Positions 1 through 14,100 of a DNA stretch of 64,000 nt are shown in pieces. The position numbers and the translations under genes are program-made. The notes under the pieces are model-generated. The model was given only the letters and a program-made list of their open reading frames with translations, was not told where the DNA came from and ran no database searches. Within the stretch, counting starts at the first letter, position 1, and every line of letters begins with the position of its first letter. The stretch is from NCBI GenBank assembly GCA_030390025.1, contig JASTWF010000034.1, positions 5,580,001 to 5,644,000 on the forward strand. The letters are read 5' to 3'. Source of the stretch: Squalus acanthias. Lineage: Eukaryota.

Positions 1-1446
1 ATGCACCTGAATCCTTCCCTCAATAGCCGGTCTTGGCCGACACCCGACTCCAGTCCCCCACTACCCGGTCTGGGCCCACACCTGACTCCAGTCCCTCATT
101 ACCCGGTCTGGGTCTACACCTGACTCCAATCCATCACTACCTGGTCTGGGTCTACACCTGACTCCAGTCTCTCACTATCCGGTCTGGGTCTGCACCTGAC
201 TCCAGTCCCTCACTACCCGGTCTGGGTATACACCTGAATCCAGTTCCTCAATACCTGGTCTGGTCCAGCAGCTGACTTCAGTCCCACACTGCACGGTCTG
301 GGCCTACATCTGACTCCATTCCCTCTAACCAGGTCTGGCCCTACACCTGACTCCAGTCCCTCACTACCCAGTCTGGGCCTACACCTGACTCCAATCCCTC
401 ACTACCCAGTCTGGGCCTTCACCTGACTCCAGTCCCTCACTACCTGGTCTTGGCCTACACCCGAATCCAGTCCCTCACTACCCGGTCTGGGTATGCACCT
501 GATTCCTTCCCTTACTAGCCGGTCTTGGCCTACACCCGACTCCAGTCCCTCACTACCCGGTCTGGGCCCACACCTGACTCCAGTCCCTCATTACTCGGTC
601 TGGGTCTACACCTGACTCCAGTCCCTCACTACCCCCTCTTAGCCTGCACCTGACTCCGGTCCCTCACTACCTGGTCTGGGTCTACACCTGACTCCAGTCC
701 CTCACTATCCGGTCTGGGTATACACCTGACTCCAGTCCCTCATTACCAGGTCATGGCCGACACCTGACTCGAGTCCCTCACTACCCGGTCTCGGTCTACA
801 CCTGACTCCAGTCCCTCACTACCCGGTCTGGGTCTACACATGACTCCAGTCCTTCACTACCCAGGCTGGGTCTACATCTGACTCCACTCCCTCACTACCC
901 GGTCTGGGCCACATCTGACTCCACTCCCTCACTACCCGGTCAGGGGCGACATCTGACTCCATTCCCTCTATACCAGGTCTGGCCCTACACCTGACTCCAG
1001 TCCCTCACTACCTGGTCTGGGTATACACCTGACTCCAGTCCCTCACTACCCGGTCTGGGCCTACACCTGACTCCGGTCCCTCAATACACGGTGTGGGCCT
1101 ACACCTGACTCCAGTCCCTCACTATCCGTCTGATCCGAAACCTGACTCCAGTCCCTCAATACCCGGTTTGGATCTGCACCTGACACCAGTCCCTCACTAC
1201 CCGGTCTGGGCCGGCATCTGATCCAGTCCCTCAATACCCGGTTTGGATTTTCACCTGACTCCAGTCCCTCACTAACCAGTCTGTGCCTACACCTGACTCC
1301 AATCCCTCACTACCCAGTCTGGGCCTGCACCTGAATCCTTCCCTCAATAGCTGGTCTTGGCCTACACCCGACTCCAGTCCCCCACTACCCGGTCTGGGCC
1401 CACACCTGACTCCAGTCCCTCATTACCCGGTCTGGGTCTACACCTG

Positions 1447-4412
1447 ACTCCAATCCCTCACTACCTGGTCTGGGTCTACACCTGACTCCAGTCTATCACT
1501 ATCCGGTCTGGGTCTGCACCTGACTCCAGTCCCTCACTACCCGGTCTGGGTATACACCTGAATCCAGTTCCTCAATACCTGGTCTGGTCCTGCAGCTGAC
1601 TTCAGTCCCTCACTGCACGGTCTGGGCCTACATCTGACTCCATTACCTCTAAACCAGGTCTGGCCCTACACCTGACTCCAGTCCCTCACTACCTGGTCTG
1701 GGTATACACCTGACTCCAGTCCCTCACTACCCGGTCTGGGCTTGCACCTGACTCCGGTCCCTCAATACATGGTCTGGGTATACACCTGACTCCAGTCCCT
1801 CAATACCCGGTTTGGATCTACACCTGACTCCAGTCCCTCACCGCCCGTTCTGGTCCTACACCTAACTCCAGTCCCTCACTAACTGGTCTGGGCCTATACC
1901 TGATTCCAATCCCTCACTACGCAGTCTTGGTATACACCTGACTCCATTCCCTCACTACCCGGTCTGGGCCTACACCTGACTCCAGTCCCTCATTACCCGG
2001 TCTGAGTCTACACCTGACTCCAGTTCCTCACTACCCGGTCTGTGCCTATACCTGACTCCAGCCCCTCTAAACCCGGTCTGGGCCTATTTCTGACTCCAGT
2101 CCCTCACTACCCATTCTTGGCCTGCACCTGACTCCGGTCCCTCACTACCTGGTCTGGGCCTGCACCTGGCTCCAGTACCTCACTATCCGGTCTGGATATA
2201 CACCTGACTCCGGTACCTCAATACCTGGTCTGGTCCTACAGCTGACTCCAGTCCCTCTCTACCCAGTCTGGGTATACTCCTGACACCAGTCCCTCACTAC
2301 CCAGTCTGGGCCTACACCTGAGTCCAGTCTCTCACTACCCGGTCTGGGCCTACACCTGACTCCAGTCCCTCACTACCTGGTCTGGGTCTATTCCTCACTC
2401 CAGTCCCACACTACTCGGTCTGGGCCTATACCAGACTCCAATCCCTCACTACCTGGTCTGGGTCTACACCTGACTCCAGTCTATCACTATCCGGTCTGGA
2501 TCTGCACCTGACTCCAGTCCCTCACTACCCGGTCTGGGTATACACCTGAATCCAGTTCCTCAATACCTGGTCTGGTCCTGCAGCTGACTTCAGTCCCTCA
2601 CTGCACGGTCTGGGCCTACATCTGACTCCATTCCCTCTAAATCAGGTCTGGCCCTACACCTGACTCCAGTCCCTCACTACCTGGTCTGGGTATACACCTG
2701 ACTCCAGTCCCTCACTACCCGGTCTGGGCTTGCACCTGACTCCGGTCCCTCAATACATGGTCTGGGTATACACCTGACTCCAGTCCCTCAATACCCGGTT
2801 TGGATCTACACCTGACTCCAGTCCCTCACCGCCCGTTCTGGTCCTACACCTAACTCCAGTCCCTCACTAACTGGTCTGGGCCTATACCTGATTCCAATCC
2901 CTCACTACGCAGTCTTGGTATACACCTGACTCCATTCCCTCACTACCCGGTCTGGGCCTACACCTGACTCCAGTCCCTCATTACCCGGTCTGAGTCTACA
3001 CCTGACTCCATTCCTCACTACCCGGTCTGGGCCTATACCTGACTCCAGCCCCTCTAAACCCGGTCTGGGCCTATTTCTGACTCCAGTCCCTCACTACCCA
3101 TTCTTGGCCTGCACCTGACTCCGGTCCCTCACTACCTGGTCTGGGCCTGCACCTGGCTCCAGTACCTCACTATCCGGTCTGGATATACACCTGACTCCGG
3201 TCCCTCAATACCTGGTCTGGTCCTACACCTGACTCCAGTCCCTCTCTACCCAGTCTGGGTATACTCCTGACACCAGTCCCTCACTACCCAGTCTGGGCCT
3301 ACACCTGAGTCCAGTCTCTCACTACCCGGTCTGGGCCTACACCTGACTCCAGTCCCTCACTACCCGGTCTGGGTCTATTCCTCACTCCAGTCCCACACTA
3401 CTCGGTCTGGGCCTATACCAGACTCCAATCCCTCACTACCTGGTCTGGGTCTACACCTGACTCCAGTCTATCACTATCCGGTCTGGATCTGCACCTGACT
3501 CCAGTCCCTCACTACCCGGTCTGTGTATACACCTGAATCCAGTTCCTCAATACCTGGTCTGGTCCTGCAGCTGACTTCAGTCCCTCACTGCACGGTCTGG
3601 GCCTACATCTGACTCCATTCCCTCTAAACCAGGTCTGGCCCTACACCTGACTCCAGTCCCTCACTACCTGGTCTGGGTATACACCTGACTCCAGTCCCTC
3701 ACTACCCGGTCTGGGCTTGCACCTGACTCCGGTCCCTCAATACATGGTCTGGGTATACACCTGACTCCAGTCCCTCAATACCCGGTTTGGATCTACACCT
3801 GACTCCAGTCCCTCACCGCCCGTTCTGGTCCTACACCTAACTCCAGTCCCTCACTAACTGGTCTGGGCCGATACCTGATTCCAATCCCTCACTACGCAGT
3901 CTTGGTATACACCTGACTCCATTCCCTCACTACCCGGTCTGGGCCTACACCTGACTCCAGTCCCTCATTACCCGGTCTGAGTCTACACCTGACTCCATTC
4001 CTCACTACCCGGTCTGGGCCTATACCTGACTCCAGCCCCTCTAAACCCGGTCTGGGCCTATTTCTGACTCCAGTCCCTCACTACCCATTCTTGGCCTGCA
4101 CCTGACTCCGGTCCCTCTCTACCTGGTCTGGGCCTGCACCTGGCTCCAGTACCTCACTATCCGGTCTGGATATACACCTGACTCCGGTCCCTCAATACCT
4201 GGTCTGGTCCTACACCTGACTCCAGTCCCTCTCTACCCAGTCTGGGTATACTCCTGACACCAGTCCCTCACTACCCAGTCTGGGCCTACACCTGAGTCCA
4301 GTCACTCACTACCCGGTCTGGGCCTACACCTGACTCCAGTCCCTCACTACCCGGTCTGGGTCTATTCCTCACTCCAGTCCCACACTACTCGGTCTGGGCC
4401 TATACCAGACTC
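1447..4412. repeat. Local higher-order repeat: 3 tandem copies of a 26-monomer (988-bp) unit
   Basis: Variant CACCGCCCGTTC has its G at 1843, 2831 and 3818 (spacings 988 = 26x38 and 987). The order of variant monomers (CCTAACTCC, TACGCAGTCTTGG, CTATTTCTGAC, GGATATACACC) is repeated in each copy. Boundaries are approximate. Confidence 0.92.
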
Positions 4413-4914
4413 CAATCTCTCACTACCTGGTCTGTGCCGGCACCTGACTCCAGTCCCTCACTTCCCGGTCTGGGTCTATACCTCACTCCAATCCCTCACT
4501 ACCTGGTCTGGGTATACATCTGACTCCAGTCCCTCACTACCAGGTCTGGTCCTACACCTGAGTCCGATCCCTCATTACCTGGTCTGGGCCCACACCTGAC
4601 TCCGATCCCTCAATACCTGGTCTGGTGCTACACTCGACTCCAGTCCCCCACTACCCGGTCTGGGCCCACACCTGACTCCAGTCCCTCACTACCCAGTCTG
4701 GGTCTACACCTGACTCCAGTCTCTCACTATCCGGTCTGGGTCTGCACCTGACTCCAGTCCCTCACTACCCGGTCTGGATATACACCTGAATCCAGTTCCT
4801 CAATACCTGGTCTGGTCCTACAGCTGACTTCAGTCTCTCACTGCACGGTCTGGGCCTACATCTGACTCCATTCCCTCTAAACCAGGTCTGGCCCTACACC
4901 TGACTCCAGTCCCT

Positions 4915-6360
4915 CACTAGCCGGTCTTGGCCTACACCCGACTCCAGTCCCCCACTACCCGGTCTGGGCCTACACCTGACTCCAGTCCCTCATTACCCGG
5001 TCTGGGTCTACACCTGACTCCAGTCCCTCACTACCCCCTCTTAGCCTGCACCTGACTCCAATCCCTCACTACCTGGTCTGGGTCTACACCTGACTCCAGT
5101 CTCTCACTATCCGGTCTGGGTCTACACCTGACTCCAGTCCCTAACTACCCGGTCTGGGTATACACCTGAATCCAGTTCCTCAATACCTGGTCTGGTCCTA
5201 CAGCTGACTTCAGTCCCTCACTGCACGGTCTGGGCCTACATCTGACTCCATTCCCTCTAAACCAGGTCGGGCCCTACACCTGACTACAGTCCCTCACTAC
5301 CCAGTCTCTGCCTACACCTGACTCCAATCCCTCACTACACAGTCTGGGCCTACACCTGACTCCAGTCCCTAAGTACCTGGTCTTGGCCTACACCCGAATC
5401 CACTCCCTCACTACCCGGTCTGGGTATGCACCTGACTCCTTCCCTCACTAGCCGGTCTTGGCCTACACCCGACTCCAGTCGCTCACTACCCCTCTTAGCC
5501 TACACCGGACACCGTTCCCTCACTGCCTGGTCTGGGTGTACACCTGACTCCAGTCCCTCACTATCCAGTCTGGGTCTGCACCTGACTCCAGTCCCTCACT
5601 ACCCTGTCTGGGTATACAACTGAATCCAGTCCCTCACTACCTGGTCTGGTCCTACAGCTGACTTCAGTCCCTCACTGCACGGTCTGGGCCTACATCTGAC
5701 TCCATTCCCTCTAAACCATGTCTGGCCCTACACCTGACTCCAGTCCCTCACTTCCCGGTCTGGACCTGCACCTGACTCCGGTCCCTCACAACCTGGTCTG
5801 GGTATACACCTGACTCCAGTCCCTCACTACCCGGTCTGGGCCTGCACCTGACTCCGGTCCCTCAATACATGGTCTGGGTATACACCAGACTCCGGTCCCT
5901 CAATACCTGGTCTGGTCCTACAGCTGACTCCAGTCCCTCACTACCCGGTCTGGGTATACACCTGACTCCAGTCCCTCATTACCAGGTCTGGGCCGACACC
6001 TGACTCCTGTCCCTCATTACCAGGTCTGGGTCTACACCTGACACCATTCCCTCAATACCCGGTCTTGGCCTACACCTGACTCCAGGTCCTCACTACACGG
6101 TGTGGGCCTACACCTGACTCCAGTACCTCACTATCCGTCTGAGCCGACACCTGACTCCAGTCCCTCAATACCCGGTTTGGATCTGCACCTGACACCAGTC
6201 CCACACTACCCGGTCTGGGCCGGCATCTGATCCAGTCCCTCAATACCTGGTTTGGATTTTCACCTGACTCCAGTCCCTCACTAACCAGTCTGGGCCTACA
6301 CCTGACTCCAATCCCTCACTACCCAGTCTGGGCCTACACCTGACTCCAGTCCCTCACCAC
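4915..6360. repeat. ~1.45-kb (~38-monomer) block, copy A of a dispersed duplication (partner at ~9122-10568)
   Basis: Rare variants recur at offset 4207: AGGTCGGG (5268/9475), CCCTAAGTACC (5371/9578), and CCGGACACCGTTCCC (~5505/~9713). Confidence 0.85.
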
Positions 6361-9121
6361 CTGGTCTTGGCCTACACCCGAATCCAGTCCCTCACTACCC
6401 GGTCTGGGTATGCACCTGATTCCTTCCCTTACTAGCCGGTCTTGGCCTACACCCGACTCCAGTCCCTCACTACCCGGTCTGGGCCCACACCTGACTCCAG
6501 TCCCTCATTACTCGGTCTGGGTCTACACCTGACTCCAGTCCCTCACTACCCCCTCTTAGCCTACACCTGACTCCGGTCCCTCACTACCTGGTCTGGGTCT
6601 ACACCTGACTCCAGTCCCTCACTATCCGGTCTGGGTCCGCACCTGACTCCAGTCCCTCACTACCCGGTCTGGGTATACACCTGACTCCAGTCCCTCATTA
6701 CCAGGTCTGGGCCGACACCTGACTCGAGTCCCTCACTACCCGGTCTCGGTCTACACCTGACTCCAGTCCCTCAGTACCCGGTCTGGTTCTACACATGACT
6801 CCAGTCCTTCACTAACCAGGCTGGGTCTACATCTGACTCCACTCCCTCACTACCCGGTCTGGGCCACATCTGACTCCACTCCCTCACTACCCGGTCAGGG
6901 CCGACATCTGACTCCATTCCCTCTATACCAGGTCTGGCCCTACACCTGACTCCAGTCCCTCACTACCTGGTCTGGGTATACACCTGACTCCAGTCCCTCA
7001 CTACCCGGTCTGGGCCTGCACCTGACTCCGGTCCCTCAATACATGGTCTGGGTATACACCAGACTCCGGTCCCTCAATACCTTGTCTGGTCCTACAGCTG
7101 ACTCCAGTCCCTCACTACCTGGTCTGGGTATACACCTGACTCCAGTCCCTCACTACCCGGTCTGGGCCTACACCTGACTCCGGTCCCTCAATACACGGTG
7201 TGGGCCTACACCTGACTCCAGTCCCTCACTATCCGTCTGAGCCGACACCTGACTCCAGTCCCTCAATACCCGGTTTGGATCTGCACCTGACACCAGTCCC
7301 TCACTACCCGGTCTGGGCCGGCATCTGATCCAGTCCCTCAATACCCGGTTTGGATTTTCACCTGACTCCAGTCCCTCACTAACCAGTCTGTGCCTACACC
7401 TGACTCCAATCCCTCACTACCCAGTCTGGGCCTACACCTGACTCCAGTCCCTCACCACCTGATCTTGGCCTGCACCCGAATCCAGTCCCTCACTACCCGG
7501 TCTGGGTATGCACCTGAATCCTTCCCTCAATAGCTGGTCTTGGCCTACACCCGACTCCAGTCCCCCACTACCCGGTCTGGGCCCACACCTGACTCCAGTC
7601 CCTAATTACCCGGTCTGGGTCTACACCTGACTCCAATCCCTCACTACCTGGTCTGGGTCTACACCTGACTCCAGTCTATCACTATCCGGTCTGGGTCTGC
7701 ACCTGACTCCAGTCCCTCACTACCCGGTCTGGGTATACACCTGAATCCAGTTCCTCAATACCTGGTCTGGTCCTGCAGCTGACTTCAGTCCCTCACTGCA
7801 CGGTCTGGGCCTACATCTGACTCCATTCCCTCTAAACCAGGTCTGGCCCTACACCTGACTCCAGTCCCTCACTACCCAGTCTGAGCCTACACCTGACTCC
7901 AATCCCTCACTACCCAGTCTGGGCCTACACCTGACTCCAGTCCCTCACTACCTGGTCTTGGCCTACACCCGATTCCAGTCCCTCACTACCCGGTCTGGGT
8001 ATGCACCTGATTCCTTCCCTTACTAGCCGGTCTTGGCCTACACACGACTCCAGTCCCCCACTACCCGGTCTGGGCCCACACCTGACTCCAGTCCCTCATT
8101 ACTCGGTCTGGGTCTACACCTGACTCCAGTCCCTCACTACCCCCTCTTAGCCTACACCTGACTCCGGTCCCTCACTACCTGGTCTGGGTCTACACCTGAC
8201 TCCAGTCCCTCACTATCCGGTCTGGGTCTGCACCTGACTCCAGTCCCTCACTACCCGGTCTGGGTCTATTCCTCACTCCAGTCCCACACTACTCGGTCTG
8301 GGCCTATACCAGACTCCAATCTCTCACTACCTGGTCTGTGCCGGCACCTGACTCCAGTCCCTCACTTCCCGGTCTGGGTCTATACCTCACTCCAATCCCT
8401 CACTACCTGGTCTGGGTATACACCTGACTCCAGTCCCTCACTACCAGGTCTGGTCCTACACCTGAGTCCGATCCCTCATTACCTGGTCTGGGCCCACACC
8501 TGACTCCGATTCCTCAATACCTGGTCTGGTCCTACACTCGACTCCAGTCCCCCACTACCCGGTCTGGGCCCACACCTGACTCCAGTCCCTCATTACCCGG
8601 TCTGGGTATACACCTGAATCCAGTTCCTCAACACCTGGTCTGGTCCGACAGCTGACTTCAGTCCCTCACTGCACGGTCTGGGCCTACATCTGACTCCATT
8701 CCCTCTAAACCAGGTCTGGCCCTACACCTGACTCCAGTCCCTCACTACCCAGTCTGGGTCTACACCTGACTCCAGTCTCTCACTATCCGGTCTGGGTCTG
8801 CACCTGACTCCAGTCCCTCACTACCCGGTCTGGGTATACACCTGAATCCAGTTCCTCAATACCTGGTCTGGTCCTACAGCTGACTTCAGTCTCTCACTGC
8901 ACGGTCTGGGCCTACATCTGACTCCATTCCCTCTAAACCAGGTCTGGCCCTACACCTGACTCCAGTCCCTCACTACCCAGTCTGGGCCTACACCTGACTC
9001 CAATCCCTCACTACCCAGTCTGGGCCTACACCTGACTCCAGTCCCTCACTACCTGGTCTTGGCCTACACCCGAATCCAGTCCCTCACTACCCGGTCTGGG
9101 TATGCACCTGACTCCTTCCCT

Positions 9122-10568
9122 CACTAGCCGGCCTTGGCCTACACCCGACTCCAGTCCCCCACTACCCGGTCTGGGCCTACACCTGACTCCAGTCCCTCAT
9201 TACCCGGTCTGGGTCTACACCTGACTCCAGTCCCTCACTACCCCCTCTTAGCCTGCACCGGACTCCAATCCCTCACTACCTGGTCTGGGTCTACACCTGA
9301 CTCCAGTCTCTCACTATCCGGTCTGGGTCTGCACCTGACTCCAGTCCCTAACTACCCGGTCTGGGTATACACCTGAATCCAGTTCCTCAATACCTGGTCT
9401 GGTCCTACAGCTGACTTCAGTCCCTCACTGCACGGTCTGGCCCTACATCTGACTCCATTCCCTCTAAACCAGGTCGGGCCCTACACCTGACTACAGTCCC
9501 TCACTACCCAGTCTGTGCCTACACCTGACTCCAATCCCTCACTACACAGTCTGGGCCTACACCTGACTCCAGTCCCTAAGTACCTGGTCTTGGCCTACAC
9601 CCGAATCCACTCCCTCACTACCCGGTCTGGGTATGCACCAGACTCCTTCCCTCACTAGCCGGTCTTGGCCTACACCCGACTCCAGTCCCTCACTACTCCC
9701 TCTTAGCCTACACCGGACACCGTTCCCTCACTACCTGGTCTGTGTGTACACCTGACTCCAGTCCCTCACTATCCGGTCTGGGTCTGCACCTGACTCCAGT
9801 CCCTCACTACCCTGTCTGGGTATACAACTGAATCCAGTCCCTCACTACCTGGTCTGGTCCTACAGCTGACTTCAGTCCCTCACTGCACGGTCTGGGCCTA
9901 CATCTGACTCCATTCCCTCTAAACCAGGTCTGGCCCTACACCTGACTCCAGTCCCTCACTTCCCGGTCTGGGCCTGCACCTGACTCCGGTCCCTCACTAC
10001 CTGGTCTGGGTATACACCTGACTCAAGTCCCTCACTACCCGGTCTGGGCCTGCACCTGACTCCGGTCCCTCAATACATGGTCTGGGTATACACCAGACTC
10101 CGGTCCCTCAATACCTGGTCTGGTCCTACAGCGGACTCCAGTCCCTCACTACCCGGTCTGGGTATACACCTGACTCCAGTCCCTCATTACCAGGTCTGGG
10201 CCGACACCTGACTCCTGTCCCTCATTACCAGGTCTGGGTCTACACCTGACACCATTCCCTCAATACCCGGTCTTGGCCTACACCTGACTCCAGTCCCTCA
10301 CTACACGGTGTGGGCCTACACCTGACTCCAGTAGCTCACTATCCGTCTGAGCTGACACCTGACTCCAGTCCCTCAATACCCGGTTTGGATCTGCACCTGA
10401 CACCAGTCCCTCACTACCCGGTCTGGGCCGGCATCTGATCCAGTCCCTCAATACCTGGTTTGGATTTTCACCTGACTCCAGTCCCTCACTAACCAGTCTG
10501 GGCCTACACCTGACTCCAATCCCTCACTACCCAGTCTGGGCCTACACCTGACTCCAGTCCCTCACCAC
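9122..10568. repeat. ~1.45-kb block, copy B of the dispersed duplication (partner at ~4915-6360)
   Basis: Same ordered rare variants as 4915-6360 at offset 4207-4208, with several point differences between the copies. Confidence 0.85.
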
Positions 10569-11129
10569 CTGATCTTGGCCTGCACCCGAATCCAGTCCCT
10601 CACTACCCGGTCTGGTTATGCACCTGAATCCTTCCCTCAATAGCCGGTCTTGGCCGACACCCGACTCCAGTCCCCCACTACCCGGTCTGGGCCCACACCT
10701 GACTCCAGTCCCTCATTACCCGGTCTGGGTCTACACCTGACTCCAGTCTATCACTATCCGGTCTGGGGCTGCACCTGACTCCAGTCCCTCACTACCCGGT
10801 CTGGGTATACACCTGAATCCAGTTCCTCAATACCTGGTCTGGTCCTGCAGCTGACTTCAGTCCCTCACTGCACGGTCTGGGCCTACATCTGACTCCATTC
10901 CCTCTAAACCAGGTCTGGCCCTACACCTGACTCAAGTCCCTCACTACCCAGTCTGGGCCTACACCTGACTCCAATCCCTCACTACCCAGTCTGGGCCTAC
11001 ACCTGACTCCAGTCCCTCATTACCTGGTCTTGACCTACACCCGAATCCAGTCCCTCACTACCCGGTCTGGGTATGCACCTGATTCCTTCCCTTACTAGCC
11101 GGTCTTGGCCTACACCCGACTCCAGTCCC

Positions 11130-14100
11130 TCACTACCCGGTCTGGGACCACACCTGACTCCAGTCCCTCATTACTCGGTCTGGGTCTACACCTGACTCCA
11201 GTCCCTCACTACCCCCTCTTAGCCTACACCTGACTCCGGTCCCTCACTACCTGGTCTGGGTCTACACCTGACTCCAGTCCCTCACTATCCGGTCTGGGTC
11301 TGCACCTGACTCCAGTCCCTCACTACCCGGTCTGGGTATACACCTGACTCCAGTCCCTCATTACCAGGTCTGGGCCGACACCTGACTCGAGTCCCTCACT
11401 ACCCGGTCTCGGTCCACACCTGACTCCAGTCCCTCACTACCCGGTCTGGGTCTACACCTGACTCCAGTCCTTCACTAACCAGGCTGGGTCTACATCTGAC
11501 TCCACTCCCTCACTACCCGGTCTGGGCCACATCTGACTCCACTCCCTCACTACCCGGTCAGGGCCGACATCTGACTCCATTCCCTCTATACCAGGTCTGG
11601 CCCTACACCTGACTCCAGTCCCTCACTACCTGGTCTGGGTATACACCTGACTCCAGTCCCTCACTACCCGGTCTGGGCCTGCACCTGACTCCGGTCCCTC
11701 AATACATGGTCTGGGTATACACCAGACTCCGGTCCCTCAATACCTTGTCTGGTCCTACAGCTGACTCCAGTCCCTCACTACCTGGTCTGGGTATACACCT
11801 GACTCCAGTCCCTCACTACCCGGTCTGGGCCTACACCTGACTCTGGTCCCTCAATACACGGTGTGGGCCTACACCTGACTCCAGTCCCTCACTATCCGTC
11901 TGAGCCGACACCTGACTCCAGTCCCTCAATACCCGGTTTGGATCTGCACCTGACACCAGTCCCTCACTAACCAGTCTGGGCCTACACCTGACTCCAATCC
12001 CTCACTACCCAGTCTGGGCCTACACCTGACTCCAGTCCCTCACCACCTGATCTTGGCCTGCACCCGAATCCAGTCCCTCACTACCCGGTCTGGGTATGCA
12101 CCTGAATCCTTCCCTCAATAGCTGGTCTTGGCCTACACCCGACTCCAGTCCCCCACTACCCGGTCTGGGCCCACACCTGACTCCAGTCCCTCATTACCCG
12201 GTCTGGGTCTACACCTGACTCCAATCCCTCACTACCTGGTCTGGGTCTACACCTGACTCCAGTCTATCACTATCCGGTCTGGGTCTGCACCTGACTCCAG
12301 TCCCTCACTACCCGGTCTGGGTATACACCTGAATCCAGTTCCTCAATACCTGGTCTGGTCCTGCAGCTGACTTCAGTCCCTCACTGCACGGTCTGGGCCT
12401 ACATCTGACTCTATTCCCTCTAAACCAGGTCTGGCCCTACACCTGACTCCAGTCCCTCACTACCCAGTCTGAGCCTACACCTGACTCCAATCCCTCACTA
12501 CCCAGTCTGGGCCTACACCTGACTCCAGTCCCTCACTACCTGGTCTTGGCCTACACCCGATTCCAGTCCCTCACTACCCGGTCTGGGTATGCACCTGATT
12601 CCTTCCCTTACTAGCCGGTCTTGGCCTACACCCGACTCCAGTCCCCCACTACCCGGTCTGGGCCCACACCTGACTCCAGTCCCTCATTACTCGGTCTGGG
12701 TCTACACCTGACTCCAGTCCCTCACTACCCCCTCTTAGCCTACACCTGACTCCGGTCCCTCACTACCTGGTCTGGGTCTACACCTGACTCCAGTCCCTCA
12801 CTATCCGGTCTGGGTCTGCACCTGACTCCAGTCCCTCACTACCCGGTCTGGGTATACACCTGACTCCAGTCCCTCATTACCAGGTCTGGGCCGACACCTG
12901 ACTCGAGTCCCTCACTACCCGGTCTCGGTCTACACCTGACTCCAGTCCCTCACTACCTGGTCTAGGTCTACACATGACTCCAGTCCTTCACTACCCAGGC
13001 TGGGTCTAAATCTGACTCCACTCCCTCACTACCCGGTCTGGGCCACATCTGACTCCACTCCCTCACTACCCGGTCAGGGCCGACATCTGACTCCACTCCC
13101 TCAATACCTGGTCTGGTCCTACAGCTGAATCCAGTCCCTCACTACCTGGTCTGGGTATACACCTGACTCCAGTCCCTCACTACCCGGTCTGGGCCTGCAC
13201 CTGACTCCGGTCCCTCAATACATGGTCTGGGTATGCACCTGACTCCAGTCCCTCAATACCTGGTTTGGATCTACACCTGACACCAGTCCCTCACCGCCCG
13301 TTCTGGTCCTACACCTAACTCCAGTCCCTCACTAACTGGTCTGGGCCTATACCTGATTCCAATCCCTCACTACGCAGTCTTGGTATACACCTGACTCCAT
13401 TCCCTCTCTACCCGGTCTGGGACCACACCTGACTCCAGTCCCTCATTACTCGGTCTGGGTCTACACCTGACTCCAGTCCCTCACTACCCCCTCTTAGCCT
13501 ACACCTGACTCCGGTCCCTCACTACCTGGTCTGGGTCTACACCTGACTCCAGTCCCTCACTATCCGGTCTGGGTCTGCACCTGACTCCAGTCCCTCACTA
13601 CCCGGTCTGGGTATACACCTGACTCCAGTCCCTCATTACCAGGTCTGGGCCGACACCTGACTCGAGTCCCTCACTACCCGGTCTCGGTCCACACCTGACT
13701 CCAGTCCCTCACGACCCGGTCTGGGTCTACACCTGACTCCAGTCCTTCACTAACCAGGCTGGGTCTACATCTGACTCCACTCCCTCACTACCCGGTCTGG
13801 GCCACATCTGACTCCACTCCCTCACTACCCGGTCAGGGCCGACATCTGACTCCATTCCCTCTATACCAGGTCTGGCCCTACACCTGACTCCAGTCCCTCA
13901 CTACCTGGTCTGGGTATACACCTGACTCCAGTCCCTCACTACCCGGTCTGGGCCTGCACCTGACTCCGGTCCCTCAATACATGGTCTGGGTATACACCAG
14001 ACTCCGGTCCCTCAATACCTTGTCTGGTCCTACAGCTGACTCCAGTCCCTCACTACCTGGTCTGGGTATACACCTGACTCCAGTCCCTCACTACCCGGTC

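Noticed and set aside
5426..5623. 65-aa ORF (+)
   Set aside because: Chance read-through of ~5 monomers where TGA is mutated or shifted out of frame; no gene context.
9134..9376. 80-aa ORF (+)
   Set aside because: TTG start within the repeat; open because TGA is changed to CGA/GGA in variant monomers.
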